Origin: Camelus dromedarius
Lineage: Eukaryota
DNA: 64,000 nucleotides
NCBI RefSeq assembly: GCF_036321535.1
Contig: NC_087439.1
Coordinates: 91,822,001 to 91,886,000 of the forward strand
Direction: 5' to 3'
Position 1 is the first letter of the stretch, and the number at the start of each line of letters is the position of its first letter. Of the stretch, positions 11,831-23,620 are shown in pieces. Both the position numbers and the translations under genes were made by a program. A model generated the notes under the pieces. That model had not been told where the DNA came from and searched no databases. It saw only the letters and a program-made list of their open reading frames with translations.

Positions 11831-12323
11831 CCTTATATAAGCACCTCTAGGAGGGAAGGCTGGGGCCAGCTAGAAGCCCACAGCCTCCTTCCCACATCAT
11901 CCTCCAGGCACCTAGGGACCTCCTCCTACACCTCATTTCTCTCCACTGAGGAGCAGCTAGGCATGGCTGAGCCCAACAAGATGAACTCCCTGGCCGGCTG
12001 CCCCAGTACAGAGAGAAACCCCCATGGGGAAGGGCCAGGAGGTAGGATGGTGGGCAGAGACTTCAGGAGCCAGGCTCCTGAGGGGTTTAGGGGTTGCTGG
12101 GACACCTGGGAAGGGGGCTCCATGGAGGCCAGTGGAATCTCAGACCAGGGAGTGAGTCTTCTCCCTGACACCCACTGAGCTGCCTTGCTTGAGTCCTCAG
12201 TTTCCTCATCTGTAACATGGGAATAATTACAGGCTCAAAATCTCAGGACAGTTGCTGGGTTTATAAGAGGTGATCCTGTGAAAGCCCCCCAGCAGCATGT
12301 CTGGCAAACACTGGGGCCCCAGC

Positions 12324-12336
12324 CATACACACACAT

Positions 12337-12367
<31 letters not shown>

Positions 12368-12385
12368 CACACAGACACACACACA
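12324..12385. repeat. Interrupted (CA)n microsatellite
   Basis: Direct reading. Confidence 0.9.
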
Positions 12386-13556
12386 CCCTCGCAGCTGTCC
12401 ATTCCCTGGGCCTTGCTGGCTCCTCGGGAGGTGGGGGGAGACCTGGAGCCCCACCCTCCCCCGACCCCCATCCCCTCATCCCACACATCTGTGGCAGTGA
12501 TGCACACTGCTCTTCCTTTCTGTCAATGTTCTCTGCCGGTTAATGGGCCAATTTTTTAGCATTACGGAGATTTGGCCAATTTGGCTGCCCTGACAGAAAG
12601 GCTCAGTGAACAGTTGCCTAGGGGGTGGGGGTGGGGTGTGGAAGCAAGGGTGGGAGAGGAGGAGGATGAGAAGGAGAAGGGAGTGGAGATCTGTACCTCC
12701 TCTCAGGCTGCTCCCAGCCAGGCATGTCTAAATTCTGGGCAAGGGAGGTGGAGTCAGTGGAGAGATTACAGAGATAATTAGCCCCACTTATGCCCCCCAC
12801 CTACCCCCTCCCACCGTGCACTGGCCCTGTGCTGAGCACTCTGCATATATTTTCTCTTTTAATCCTCTAATAACCCTCTAAGGCCAGTTCTATTATTTGC
12901 TCCATCCTTCCTGGTGTGGAACTCAGGGACAGGAGACTCGGAGCTGGCCCAAGGTCACAGAGCCAGGAAGTGATGGAGCTGGAATGTGAGCTAAGGCTGA
13001 AAGCCAGCCCTTTGAACCATTCCTGAGCTCAGTTTCTAACTAAAGGCTGAGAATTAGACCAGGACCCCTCCACCCATTCACCCACCTACCCCCACCTATC
13101 CAACTCCCTCTCCCCGCAGCCAGGCACACACCACACACAATCTCCAAAAGCCTCAGCCTCTCCAGGCTGCTGGGGATCCCTATCAGGCACTCAGAGATCC
13201 CCATGTCCTTCCCCTCCTGGCTGAGGGTGCCTCAGCTTGAAGCCCCCAGACCCAGCATCTCTGCAGAGAGGGCCTGAGCACCACAACTGTCAGGCATGAG
13301 CAGGGGTTCCAGCCCAGAACTGTACCCTCCCTTCCTTCCCAGGCTGTGGGCTAGGGTCCCCATACCAGCTGTGGCTTCTGGAGCACCTCCTGGGGTCAGT
13401 GCCAGGCTGCAAGTGGGCATCAGCTGTGCCCACCGCACAATCTGGGCCCTTCTGGGGGCAAGGAGGCAAATCTGCCAGGGAGGTTGGGAGGGGAGGGGAG
13501 GAAAGGGGAGGGAAGGAAAAGGGAGGGGAGTGCCTCTGGGCTGGAGGAGGGGGCTG

Positions 13557-13688
13557 NNNNNNNNNNNNNNNNNNNNNNNNNNNNNNNNNNNNNNNNNNNN
13601 NNNNNNNNNNNNNNNNNNNNNNNNNNNNNNNNNNNNNNNNNNNNNNNNNNNNNNNNNNNNNNNNNNNNNNNNNNNNNNNNNNNNNNNN
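13557..13688. other. Assembly gap (N run)
   Basis: 132 N. Confidence 1.
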
Positions 13689-14189
13689 CCCTTTCCTTGC
13701 TGGTGTCCTTGACAAGGCCTCCCTTCCCCCTCTGCTGGCCCCTCCTCTACGCCCCTGCAGGAGGCCGGGGTCTCTGGGGCCTGGGAGCCTACAGGACCTC
13801 CCGGCCAGATCCAGGGCCCTGCGTGTGTGCGCACGTGCATGTGGATGTGCGGCTGGGAGACTGCTGTGGTCCCCTGTGTGTGTACCTGGGCAGCTCTGTG
13901 TGCATGCCTAGAAGTATGCTCCTGTGAGCACACGTCTGTGTGCATGCCTGAGTGCGTATACACATACGTGAACCTCGCTGTGCATGCACCCACCAGAAAG
14001 CTCCACCAAGGTAAGAGACAAGGGAGCAAGGCAGGGGCATGTTGCAAATTCAGAGAGCAAAGAGGAGGGGGGGCGGGGAGGAGAGGAGGAGGGTGCACTC
14101 TTAGAGGAGTCAGCTTTGTTGGACCAAATCGTGGACCCAGTGGAGACCTCCCAGGGCCAGGGCGTCCCCAAGGGGGCGGCGCACGGAGA

Positions 14190-15070
14190 CACAGGTGTGC
14201 ACCCGCATACACGGGCGGACACACGTACATGCAGGCACACACTCACTGCAGAGACCCGGGCGGGCCAGCTCGCTGCGGGACTCCTGGCCCGGCGCCCGTG
14301 ACGTCAGCAGCTGGACCGTGACGTCACCACCCCGCCTCTGCCCGCGGGGAGCTCCATCTCCGCCTAATGGCAGAAGACTCGGAATTGCACATCTGTCTTG
14401 TCGGGAATTAGTTAATTGAATCAAACGACCCGAGCTGCCGCAGCGACCTCGGCCTTGGCCCAGAAGGGGGGCTGGGCGGGCCCATGGGTGAGTTGTACTC
14501 AGCCTCGAGCGAGGCGCGTCTAGGGGATGCTCACCTAGACGGGCTGGGAGACCAAGCTCTCTCGGGAAATATGGTAGTTGTCCCGCTCAGCACCTCATCC
14601 TCTCCCAAGACAGTGAGGGCAGAGACCGAGGGCCTGTCACCCGCTGAGGGAACTTAAGGGGCTAGACTTCTGCGGACACCGCAGCCCGCCCCTGCCCCAG
14701 GGCTCTCGGGCCTCCCGCCTCACATAACCTATAGGCTTGACCTCCCTCCCTTCTACGCTCGCCTCCGCCCAACGCTGCCGAGAAACGCTGCTAATTCCCG
14801 AGCCAGCCTGCCAGCGCGGCGGTTCCCGCCCCCCTCCTCCGCTTCCCCCCGACCCCCGAGCATCTTGGGATTTGGAGCCGCCGCCAGGCAATTTGTCGGA
14901 ACTGTTTAAGCGCCCAGGAGATTTCTTTGTCCCGTCCCCTGACCCTGTGTCCCTTATCTCGGGCGCTCCTGGCCCTGCCCCCATAGTCCTCCCTCTCTCT
15001 TCCCGCACCTCCATCCTTAGGTCATCCCTCCCTCACGTTTTTATTCCTAACTCACAAGAGACAGCACCGG
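14190..15070. promoter_or_regulatory. Orphan intergenic CpG island with two perfect CREs, an E-box and homeobox sites
   Basis: CpG-dense; TGACGTCA at 14299 and 14319; CAGCTG at 14308; AATTAGTTAATTGAATCA at 14406-14423. Confidence 0.7.
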
Positions 15071-15084
15071 AAAGACGTTAAGAA

Positions 15085-15740
15085 GTAAGGCTCTCAGAGA
15101 TATCCGGGTTCCAGTCCCAGCTGTGCCTCTTGTGAGTTTCGAGACCTTGACACATCTCTTAACCTCTCCAAGCCCCACTTTCCACATTTGACACTAGGAT
15201 AAATAAAAAGAACATATCTTATTGGATAACATTACATAATATATGTAAAAGGCTTAGAACTTAATCCGATTTTGGTAACCAATACTTTGTAGTTTTAAGG
15301 AGGATGCAGAACTGTCATGGGGGTGCAGTTTCTCTAGAAGGGTCACTGGGCAATTGATGAGAGAAAGCACCACACTGTGGGCTGTGGTGACCTGAAGGGC
15401 CAAGGAGTCTAGCAGGTGCTTCCAGGTGGGCAAGGCATGGGTCCTTAGTGATGGGGAGGCCCACCCACGCAAGACTCCCACCTGGAACTCAGGCTCCAAC
15501 TCTCTCTGCTCCTACTAGGGCCCAACAGAGCCCCACTGGTCCTCTCTCATTAATTCCACAGGTTTACCTAACTTCACAGTTTCACACATTGTCAACTTAA
15601 TCCTAAATGCTTAATCCTTGAACAATATCATCCCATTTCACAAATGAGAAAGCAGAAGTTCAGAAAGGTTAAGTGACTTGCCAAAGGCCTCACAGATGTC
15701 ATGGCATAGCCAGGATTTGAACCCAACTTCTCTGGCCTCA
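15085..15740. mobile_element. Two MIR SINEs (15085-15260 +, 15570-15740 -)
   Basis: CTCTTAACCTCTCCAAGCCCCACTTTCC and CCCATTTCACAAATGAGAAAGCAGAAGTTCAGAAAGGTTAAGTGACTTGCC. Confidence 0.65.
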
Positions 15741-16209
15741 AATGTCAGCCACTCTCTTCCTCACTGCTGTGCCTCCTGCTGTGAGGGCCACTCAGTTGCT
15801 AGGAGATAGCAAGCCAGTGGTTACTATGGGAACCAGGCCTATGTGGAAAGTGAAAAGAGTTTGTGTCCAGGCAGCAGCAAGAAGGCTCCAGGTGGGCTCC
15901 ACAGCACCTTCCCTGCCCCTCCCATGGAGGCAGCTCTTGGCTTTCAGCTTTGGGGTTAGAGTTCCAGGCGGCAGATGATCAGTGATAAGGCCAGAGAAAG
16001 GTGCCATGAGGGGGGGGCCCCTGCAAATCAAGAGCCCTGATGGAGGATGTGGTCCCAAAGATGGGGCTGAGGGGCAGACAAGCCAGGCCAGGGAGCCTCA
16101 CACTACTGCTTCCCCCAAACTGGCTGAGTGCAGATCTGAGCCTGTCCCTGGGAAAAAAGAGAAAAGGAGGGTGGGACCATGGTGAGGTACAGAGCTGTGC
16201 CAGAGGGCT

Positions 16210-16580
16210 CTAGACCTGGACAAACACCTCAGTTTTCTCATCTGTAAGAGGGGAATGATACTAGCCCCTCTCCACAGATACTATGTTGAGAAAATTAACA
16301 AAAATACAAAGCACCATAACTGATCCATAGACTTCACTAGCTGTGTGACCTTGAGCAAGTCCCTTAGCCTCTCTGAGCCTTTGCAAATGAAGATAATAAA
16401 CAGTACCTGCCTCCTAGGGTTGTAAAGATTAAATGCGTGATTGACACAACATTGTAAAATGATTATAACTCAATTTTTAAAATGTTAAAAAAATAAATTC
16501 ATTAATTAATTTTAAAAAAAGATTAAATGAGTGAATACAGGTAAAAAGGCTGTGAACAGGCCTGGCAGGCTTTAAGGTTC
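16210..16580 (+). mobile_element. MIR SINE pieces, one split by the L1 micro-insertion
   Basis: ACTAGCTGTGTGACCTTGAGCAAGTCCCTTAGCCTCTCTGAGCCT. Confidence 0.75.
16441..16517 (+). mobile_element. 77-bp 5'-truncated L1 3' end with 17-bp TSD, inside a MIR
   Basis: GACACAACATTGTAAAATGATTATAACTCAAT plus A/T tail; flanks AAAGATTAAATGCGTGA (16424-16440) and AAAGATTAAATGAGTGA (16518-16534). Confidence 0.8.
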
Positions 16581-17829
16581 TATACAGTGTTGGCTGTTCT
16601 ATTTTTATAGTAAATTCTCAACAGCCCCCCGGGGGTCCTGGTCACTCTGGATCCAGCTCCTTTTCTCTCGATCTCTCAGGAGAAAAGCTCCCACTACCCC
16701 TCACCCCTTGCTGGGTGAGGACAAGCAGAACCAGAGAAACAGGACTCTCTGAGGCTTCAGACCTCCCCTGCTCCAAGTTCAGGGGCCTGAAGCCTGAGAG
16801 GCTGGGGTGGGAGGGAGTGAGGAGGTGGCGCTGGCAGCTAAATTTGTTCATCCGGCCTGTCAGTCCCTTAATCTGATCTCTGAGGAACAACACCGAAGCT
16901 TCACTCTGGATGACAAACGAGGAGGGGAGAGGCCTGCCCTGCCTGGACTCCGGGTGAGTAATGGCTTTGCATTAAGATATTAGGCCTGGACGACAAGAAA
17001 TGTGCTCCTGCTCCTGCTCCGCCCCCAACAAGGCTGGGAAGAGAGCTTGGGGAGAGAGGGTGGCTTCCTGAAGACTAAGCCCCAGGAAGGTGGGGGATGC
17101 TAGGGGATTTGAGAGAAGGCTTGGGAAGTGCTGAGGAAGGGTGGGGGTGACAGAGGGGGAGAGACAGACTGACAGGCCACAGAAGTATCCAGAAACAGAG
17201 ACACAGCAGGGAGAGAAGAAGTAGAGAAAAGGGAGGAGACAGACAGGCACTTTGGGAGGGAGGTTGCAAAGAGGGGAGATGCCTGTTCTCACACAGGGCA
17301 AGGATGCCTTAGTCAGGGCCATGGCCAACCTGGGCAGGCCATCCACCAAGGGGGATTCAGGCTCCAGGGAGGGCCAGGCTGGAGGCCTGGCTTCAAGGCT
17401 GGCCTCGGTCTTTAATGTCTGTCCACCTGCTCCTGAGCCTCCTGGGCTGGGAGAGTACTGGTTTGGGTGATGGCCCCGTCAGAACTGGCTTAGGCCAACA
17501 GGCAGGGCCTCCAGCCACATGGACAGTACACTTTCCTAGGCAGCCTGTTTGGAGGGGGCAGTCCAGAGGGTAAATTCCAGCTCCAAGCCTCTGCACTGCT
17601 CAAGGAGCCCCTCCCTCATTGAACCCCTGGTCCACCATAGCTTATATCCTGCGATGCAGCATTTGCTGGGCTAAGGGACCTCTGGAGGAGAAGATGGGGC
17701 CAGGTCCAGATTAGGACTCAGAGACAGTGTGGTTCAGAGATGAGGGGTTGAGAGAGAGCAAAATGGGCCAGAGATAGACCCCAAACAGACCACAGGGGCA
17801 GCCTGCGTCTCTGTCACAACCTTAGAGCA

Positions 17830-18260
17830 GTGTTGAGTACTGGCTCAGACAGCAGACCTTCTCTGCCTGGGTTCAAATCCTAGCTCCTCCCTTTCTGCTG
17901 TGTGACCTTGCTGAGCCTCACTCAGACCCCACCTGTAAAGTGGGATCGTTATAGCCATTACAGCATGAACTTCTGTGAAGGACCCCTGCCTAGAATGGGG
18001 CCTGGCATATCCTAATGGTTTAGTGAACTTCACAAATTGCTGTTAATTATAGTATTTCCTCCAGGCCCCAGCCATGACCCTATAAGCAAGATGACACCTG
18101 TAACAAGTCCCCAGACCCCTTTTATTCCTCAGAGGGGTTCATACCCAGACCTGGGAATCCTGGCTCACCTCAGTAAGCTATCAGCCTCTCTGTGCCTCAG
18201 TTTCCACATCTGCAATATGGGCATACCTTTTGGCTTAGTGGAGCCAGTGCGTGTAAGCAT
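17830..18260 (+). mobile_element. Two MIR SINEs
   Basis: GGGTTCAAATCCTAGC...GTGTGACCTTG; CTCTCTGTGCCTCAGTTTCCACATCTGCAATATGGG. Confidence 0.7.
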
Positions 18261-18320
18261 TTAATAAGACCACAGTGGCCTATTTCAGATGCCCCAGATC
18301 TCTGCTTGGAGGACCATCAT

Positions 18321-18322
<2 letters not shown>

Positions 18323-18352
<30 letters not shown>
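18323..18352. repeat. Perfect (GT)15 microsatellite
   Basis: Direct reading. Confidence 0.95.
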
Positions 18353-18354
<2 letters not shown>

Positions 18355-19049
18355 ACTAGCTGGGAAGCAGGGAAAGTTTGAGAGCCTCCCAGAGATGCTC
18401 AGACACAATGATAAGGTGAGGGGGAGCCCCAAATCCTAAGCCCAGGGCCCCATGTGCAGGAAGTAGAGGTCAGGAGGTCAGCTACTTCCACCCCTGTGCC
18501 CCCTCCCTCCAGCACTACCTTCACCTGTGGCTCCGGCCTTTTGCCCCACTCAGCCTCATCCACGCTGGGTGGTCCTACACTTTGTTCACTTGGGATTTCA
18601 CAGGTGGGTACATTTTCTCCGGAACTGTGGCTTGAGCAAATAAAGGATGATTCAGAAAACAGTTGTTGATTTGGGGAAAAGGGGGTGGGAGCAAGGTGGA
18701 AAGATCAAGGCAAGGACAGAAAGTGGAGAAGGCTCACTAGCTGAACCTCAGAACAGCACGAGGCAGGCCGCTGCCCTTCTGCTGGGGAAGCCTGACGGAG
18801 GGGACTGGGGCGGGGTCGCCACAGGGGCGGTCCTTGTGAAAGCAACTCCCACAAGCCATCCCCTGTGAGGATAGGTGGGGTACCACAGTCTCTGAGATCG
18901 TCCTTCAACCGCCCCAAGATTTCCCCCCTGAATTGCCCCGGTTCAAATCCCTTGTCCCAGCTGTGAGACCTCTTGGTTTTACTTAGCCCCCGACCCCTCC
19001 CTGGGGTCCAGGGCTTCCCGGTTCTTCAAGGCCTGTGTCTCTCATGGAA

Positions 19050-19400
19050 CGCCACCAGGAGGCGCCCCAAGCCTGCTCGGACCCTCTTGGTCCGGGATCC
19101 GCCAGCCTTGTGGGTCAGGAGGAGTGGCCTCCTCGGGTCCGGGTGGGGAGGGTCTCCGGGCCTCGGCTGCGCCGCTTGGAGCCCCGCGGTGTGCCCCCCC
19201 CCCGCCCCGCCCCGAGCTAGAACCTGCCTCGTGGCGTCGCGCACCCTTTCTCTGTCCTGAATCCCCAACGGGTGGCGGTCGTCCTATCCGACGCTCTCTC
19301 CTCCATGCTTCTCCATCTGCATCCGCGGTCTAGGGCTCTGGTCGCTCCCATGGGCCTCACCCGCGGAATCCTCGGCCTTCTTGCCAGCACAGGACCCAGA
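19050..19400. promoter_or_regulatory. Small orphan CpG island with tandem GC boxes
   Basis: Local CpG enrichment; CCCCGCCCCGCCCC near 19200-19213. Confidence 0.55.
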
Positions 19401-22400
19401 GTCCAGGGCCTGGTTGGGGCCATCCGTGCTGTGGTCCCACTTCCCCTGACCCTCTGATCCCTCTCTGAAGGTTGGGTGGATTAACTGTTCCCAAACCTGG
19501 TTTGTTAAGAATCGGCCAGCGTTTACTAATTCCAGGTCCATTACAGCTTGAGGGAGGGCCAGGAATCACTGAATTTATCCTGGGACCAGCTCCCTGCCAG
19601 GGAGCTTCTGGCTCCTTCAGTCCTGCACTACGATTCCACCAGGGAGCCCTCTGCCCTCCAGGAAGAAACAAAGTCCCTTAAATATTTTTTTTAATTGTTT
19701 TTTGGTAGATAATATACCAAATTGATTCAAAAATCAACAACATTGCAGTGAACATTCTTGCACATCCATCGTTTCCTAAGAGGGCTTTTGTACAGATAGG
19801 TAGGCTAAAAGGCCCCGAGTGAGAGCACCGCTTACAGAGCGAGAGTGCGTGTCACGTGGGTAGGTATGGGAGCAGGTATTGCCAGTTGCCCTGCATGGGG
19901 CTTAGACCACTGGGCACTCCCCAGGCAGTGACCAGACTGTTTCTCAACAGCCTTGCCAACAGAGTGTACTGCTGAACTTGTGGGGTTTTTGTTTGTTTTT
20001 GTTTTTTACGACATATTCACTTGTGTTGTGTCCCCAGGAAGCCTGTCTTGACCTGCAGACTGTAACCCCGCTGCCTGGGTTCCCCCAGCCCACAGGCCTT
20101 CTCCTTCACAGCACTTTGTGCCCTTGGAATGACATATATTATATCATTGTAATTTCTTCAACAATTGCCTACTGCCAGCCTATAAGCTCCACACAGGCAG
20201 GGACTGTACCCCAGCCCCTGGCACATCACGGACACACGAGATGCTTTCGTAGCTGGGACGGCCCCCTATGTGCCCCACATCCTAGTAGGCACTTTGTGTG
20301 GGTGACCTCAGCTGTGACTCTCAACCACCTTATGAGGAGGCATGGGTAGTAGCTCCAATGAGCAGATGGGGAGACTGAGGCTCATACAGGAGGTGATTTG
20401 CTCAAGGACTCACAGCTGGTCAGTAATGCAGTCCTTTGTCCCTCCTCCTGAATCCTTGGCTTTATTTCTTCCTTACTCTGGCCTGTGGGGGCCCCCCCAT
20501 CACCAGGAACAGTCAAGTCCAGGTCAAGGGGGCTCCAAGCTCAGAATCAGCCCCATCTGCACTGCCTGCAATGGTGGAGAGCCAAGCTGGGGCCTGGCCT
20601 GAGCCCCTGGGGGCCTTGTTGGCTTACAGGCTCAGATCCCCTGTTTGGCGGCAATGCCAGGGCCACAGTTACTCCTGTGGCTGTGCAGTCACCAGAGCCC
20701 CTTCCCAGAGGCCCCACGGCTGCTCTGGCTTTGTGCCCGACTATCACTCTGTTCCCCAGCGGCTCTTTGTGGTGGCTGCCTGCCTCCCTGCCTGCCATTA
20801 ATCATGTGCGCAGGATTTATTTTCTCCAGCAATTTATTTCAGCAAATGCAATCTGGGTGTGCCCACAGGTGGGCAGGATGCTCTGCTACCGCCAGAGTCA
20901 TAGAGCCTGGCTCTACTGTCAGGCTGACAGGCATGACTCACCAGCACCCCCAGTCAGATGTCAGGCCTGCCTGAGCCCTGGGGTGGGACAGTAGGTACCC
21001 TGGGGACCGGCCCCACCCCCACATCAGCATTCCCAGCAGCCTGGAAGGTCCAGCTTACCTCACTTTTTTTCTTGGGGCTTTGCTGTCCCTACCAAGCCTA
21101 GCTGGCTAATGGGATACAGGATGAGATTAGCCCCCAATGTCCTCACCCTGAAACAGGCCTTCAGAGGTCTTTTCTGAAGATCCAGGGGGTGGCTGTTTTC
21201 AGTTTCCTGATCTGGGGAAATTGGGGGTCCTCCCTCCCAAACTCCCTCCTCCTTGGCACTGCTAAGCAACCTGGTCCTAATTCCCACAGCAGTCATGGAG
21301 GGAAACAGCTAATGCCAACCCTGCCACCCCCTTGCCATACTCACAATACGTGTCCTCCTTTCTGGGGTTTCCTTTAGTCCCTACATCACCCTTGGCAGCT
21401 CTCTCTAGGCTGTCAGCAGGATGCAGCAGCCCAGGGCTGAATAGTGGATGTGGCCCTGATGCCAGGCCAGGAGACAGAGGCTGCTTGATTTCAGGTCCTG
21501 AGTTAGTGCCCCTGGTTATCCACTTACAAGCTTTGGAAACAGGAAGGAAAGGACTGTAGGCAGTAGCGAGCAGGGACCGTCCACCTGGCCCTGGCCCCCA
21601 CCAAGCCCTTTGCATCTCACCCATGCCCCCTCCTCCACTGCAGCATCTCAGGGGCCCAGGTCTCATCCCTGGGGACCTGCTTCCTCCCTTGGTATTCTCC
21701 AGTCCCAGCCCACAACCCCTGCCCTCAGCCCACCCAAGCCTGGCTGCCTCTAATGCTGCAGATAATTCCTGCTGTCACAAAGCCATTACCCTGCAGATGG
21801 GCTGCGCTTCAGCGTTTCTGTGTGTGTGTGTGCGGGTACGCACAGGGGAGAGGGCTGTGGCAGGCAAAGCACCTTGCATAAGCCTCACTCACTGCCATAA
21901 CTGCCTTAGGGGATCTGTAGCGCCCCCTTCCCATTCCCTGCCCTGGCTGTCAGACTCCACTGATGCCAGGTGATGGGGTCTGGAGCTCTGGGCAGGAGGC
22001 CAGACATGCCCCCAGCTGGAGGGTGGTGAGGCCTTGCAGAGGGGTCCTGGTGCATGAGACTCCCCCCTCTTCTCCATAGGGGTCAGCTGAGCTCAGAGAG
22101 TGGCTGAGCCACCCCCTACTCAGCCTCCCAGACCTCGGGGGCCCTGGGGAGTAAGCCGACCTGGGAGTGCAAGGTGGATGCTGGAAGGACTTTGGTGGCA
22201 TTCGATGCCCTGGTTTCTCCTCTTCCATCTCGCTCCAACCCCTCCAGGTCCCTGGAACCCCACCCTCTGCTTTGTCTGCCATTTGTAGACCCCCGCCCTT
22301 ACCCCCAGGAGCCATCACAGCTGCTCCACATTGCCCCCTCCTGCTTCAGCACAGCCAGGTCTCCCCTAGGGGGAAGCAAATCCTCCACCCTTTCAAGAAC

Positions 22401-22849
22401 CTTCGACCTTTGTGTTGAGAGCCTTTGGCAAACCTTGAGATGTTGGCATGGTCAGGAAGCACCGTGAATTCAGGAGGCAGGGCTGGGCAGCGGTCAAGAG
22501 AGTCACCTTCAGCAGCAGGTGGAACCGCTTTTAATCTCTGCTCTTCCAGTTTCTGGTGATGTGGTCTTGACCACGTCACTCAACTTCTATGAGCCTCAGT
22601 GGCCTTATCTGTAAATGGGATCTGATAACACCTGCCTCAAACAATTATTATTAAAGGTTTAATACTTGTAATACATTGAACCACATGAACTTGCTTATAG
22701 TCGACCCATTTTCTACATTAATATTTATTAGGTGAAATAGTGCACTGCGCTAACAAACTTTGTGTCATTGATAAGTTTTCTACCTGAGGCCCTGCACTTT
22801 GCTTTTATCCTCTTCATGGTCTATATTTGTACAGATGCTACCTGCTGGT

Positions 22850-23620
22850 TTTAGAGAATTCAAGCTAAGTGGAAAAGCACAAAGAATAAAGTCAGAAGCA
22901 AAACAAAACAAAAATAAATCTCCCTGTCAGAAATAGCCATAATTAATGAATAATAACCATGTCCAGAAAACTCTTTTTGCACTAATACCGGTAGAAGTGT
23001 AGAGAGCTAAGTTGATAGAAATCTTGCTATGAGAAGGGATCTGACTATTTTAAGTATGATTTATTAAATTAAATTTTAGTTTATTTTAACAAAAGAAAAT
23101 AAAAGAAAGGAAACTGAAAGAAACCACATAACTCCAGTAAATATCTCTTCATCAGAGAGACAGTGTTTTATGAAAAGATCATCTCATGTTAACAAAAACA
23201 TTTGGAAGCAGTAAGAATAAAAAGTATTGATTAGGGAGACTTTCATGTAAGAGGGGGAGAATGTGACTATTATATTAGAAATTGAAGGTGTTAAATTAGC
23301 CTGTTTCAAAGAAACACAGCTGACAGCAAGACTGAGAAAAAGAAAAGAAAACCTGTGGAGAGAGACAAGAAAGACAAAAGACAAAAAAAGGAAAAAAAGA
23401 AGAGGAAACAGGTAGAACTGTGGGTTGATTCACATTCTTTTGATCACAAAGGTTCAACAGTGGTACTCAAAATTTCACACATATTTAACTTGAAAGAATT
23501 TTGCCTAGATGTGCCCTCCTCACCTAAAGGTTTCCATCCTGTTTAAATGGTGAAAAAGATGTAATTTCTGGCATGTTGTAAATATTGACATCTTTAAATA
23601 AAGCTGTTACAGCTCTTCTG
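22850..23620. mobile_element. AT-rich probable old L1 remnant
   Basis: Abrupt AT-rich, A-skewed block in a GC-rich context; subfamily not assignable. Confidence 0.35.

Noticed and set aside
13232-14242. 336-aa minus ORF, the longest in the track
   Set aside because: Spans an N gap and degenerate CA/TG repeats; no domain.
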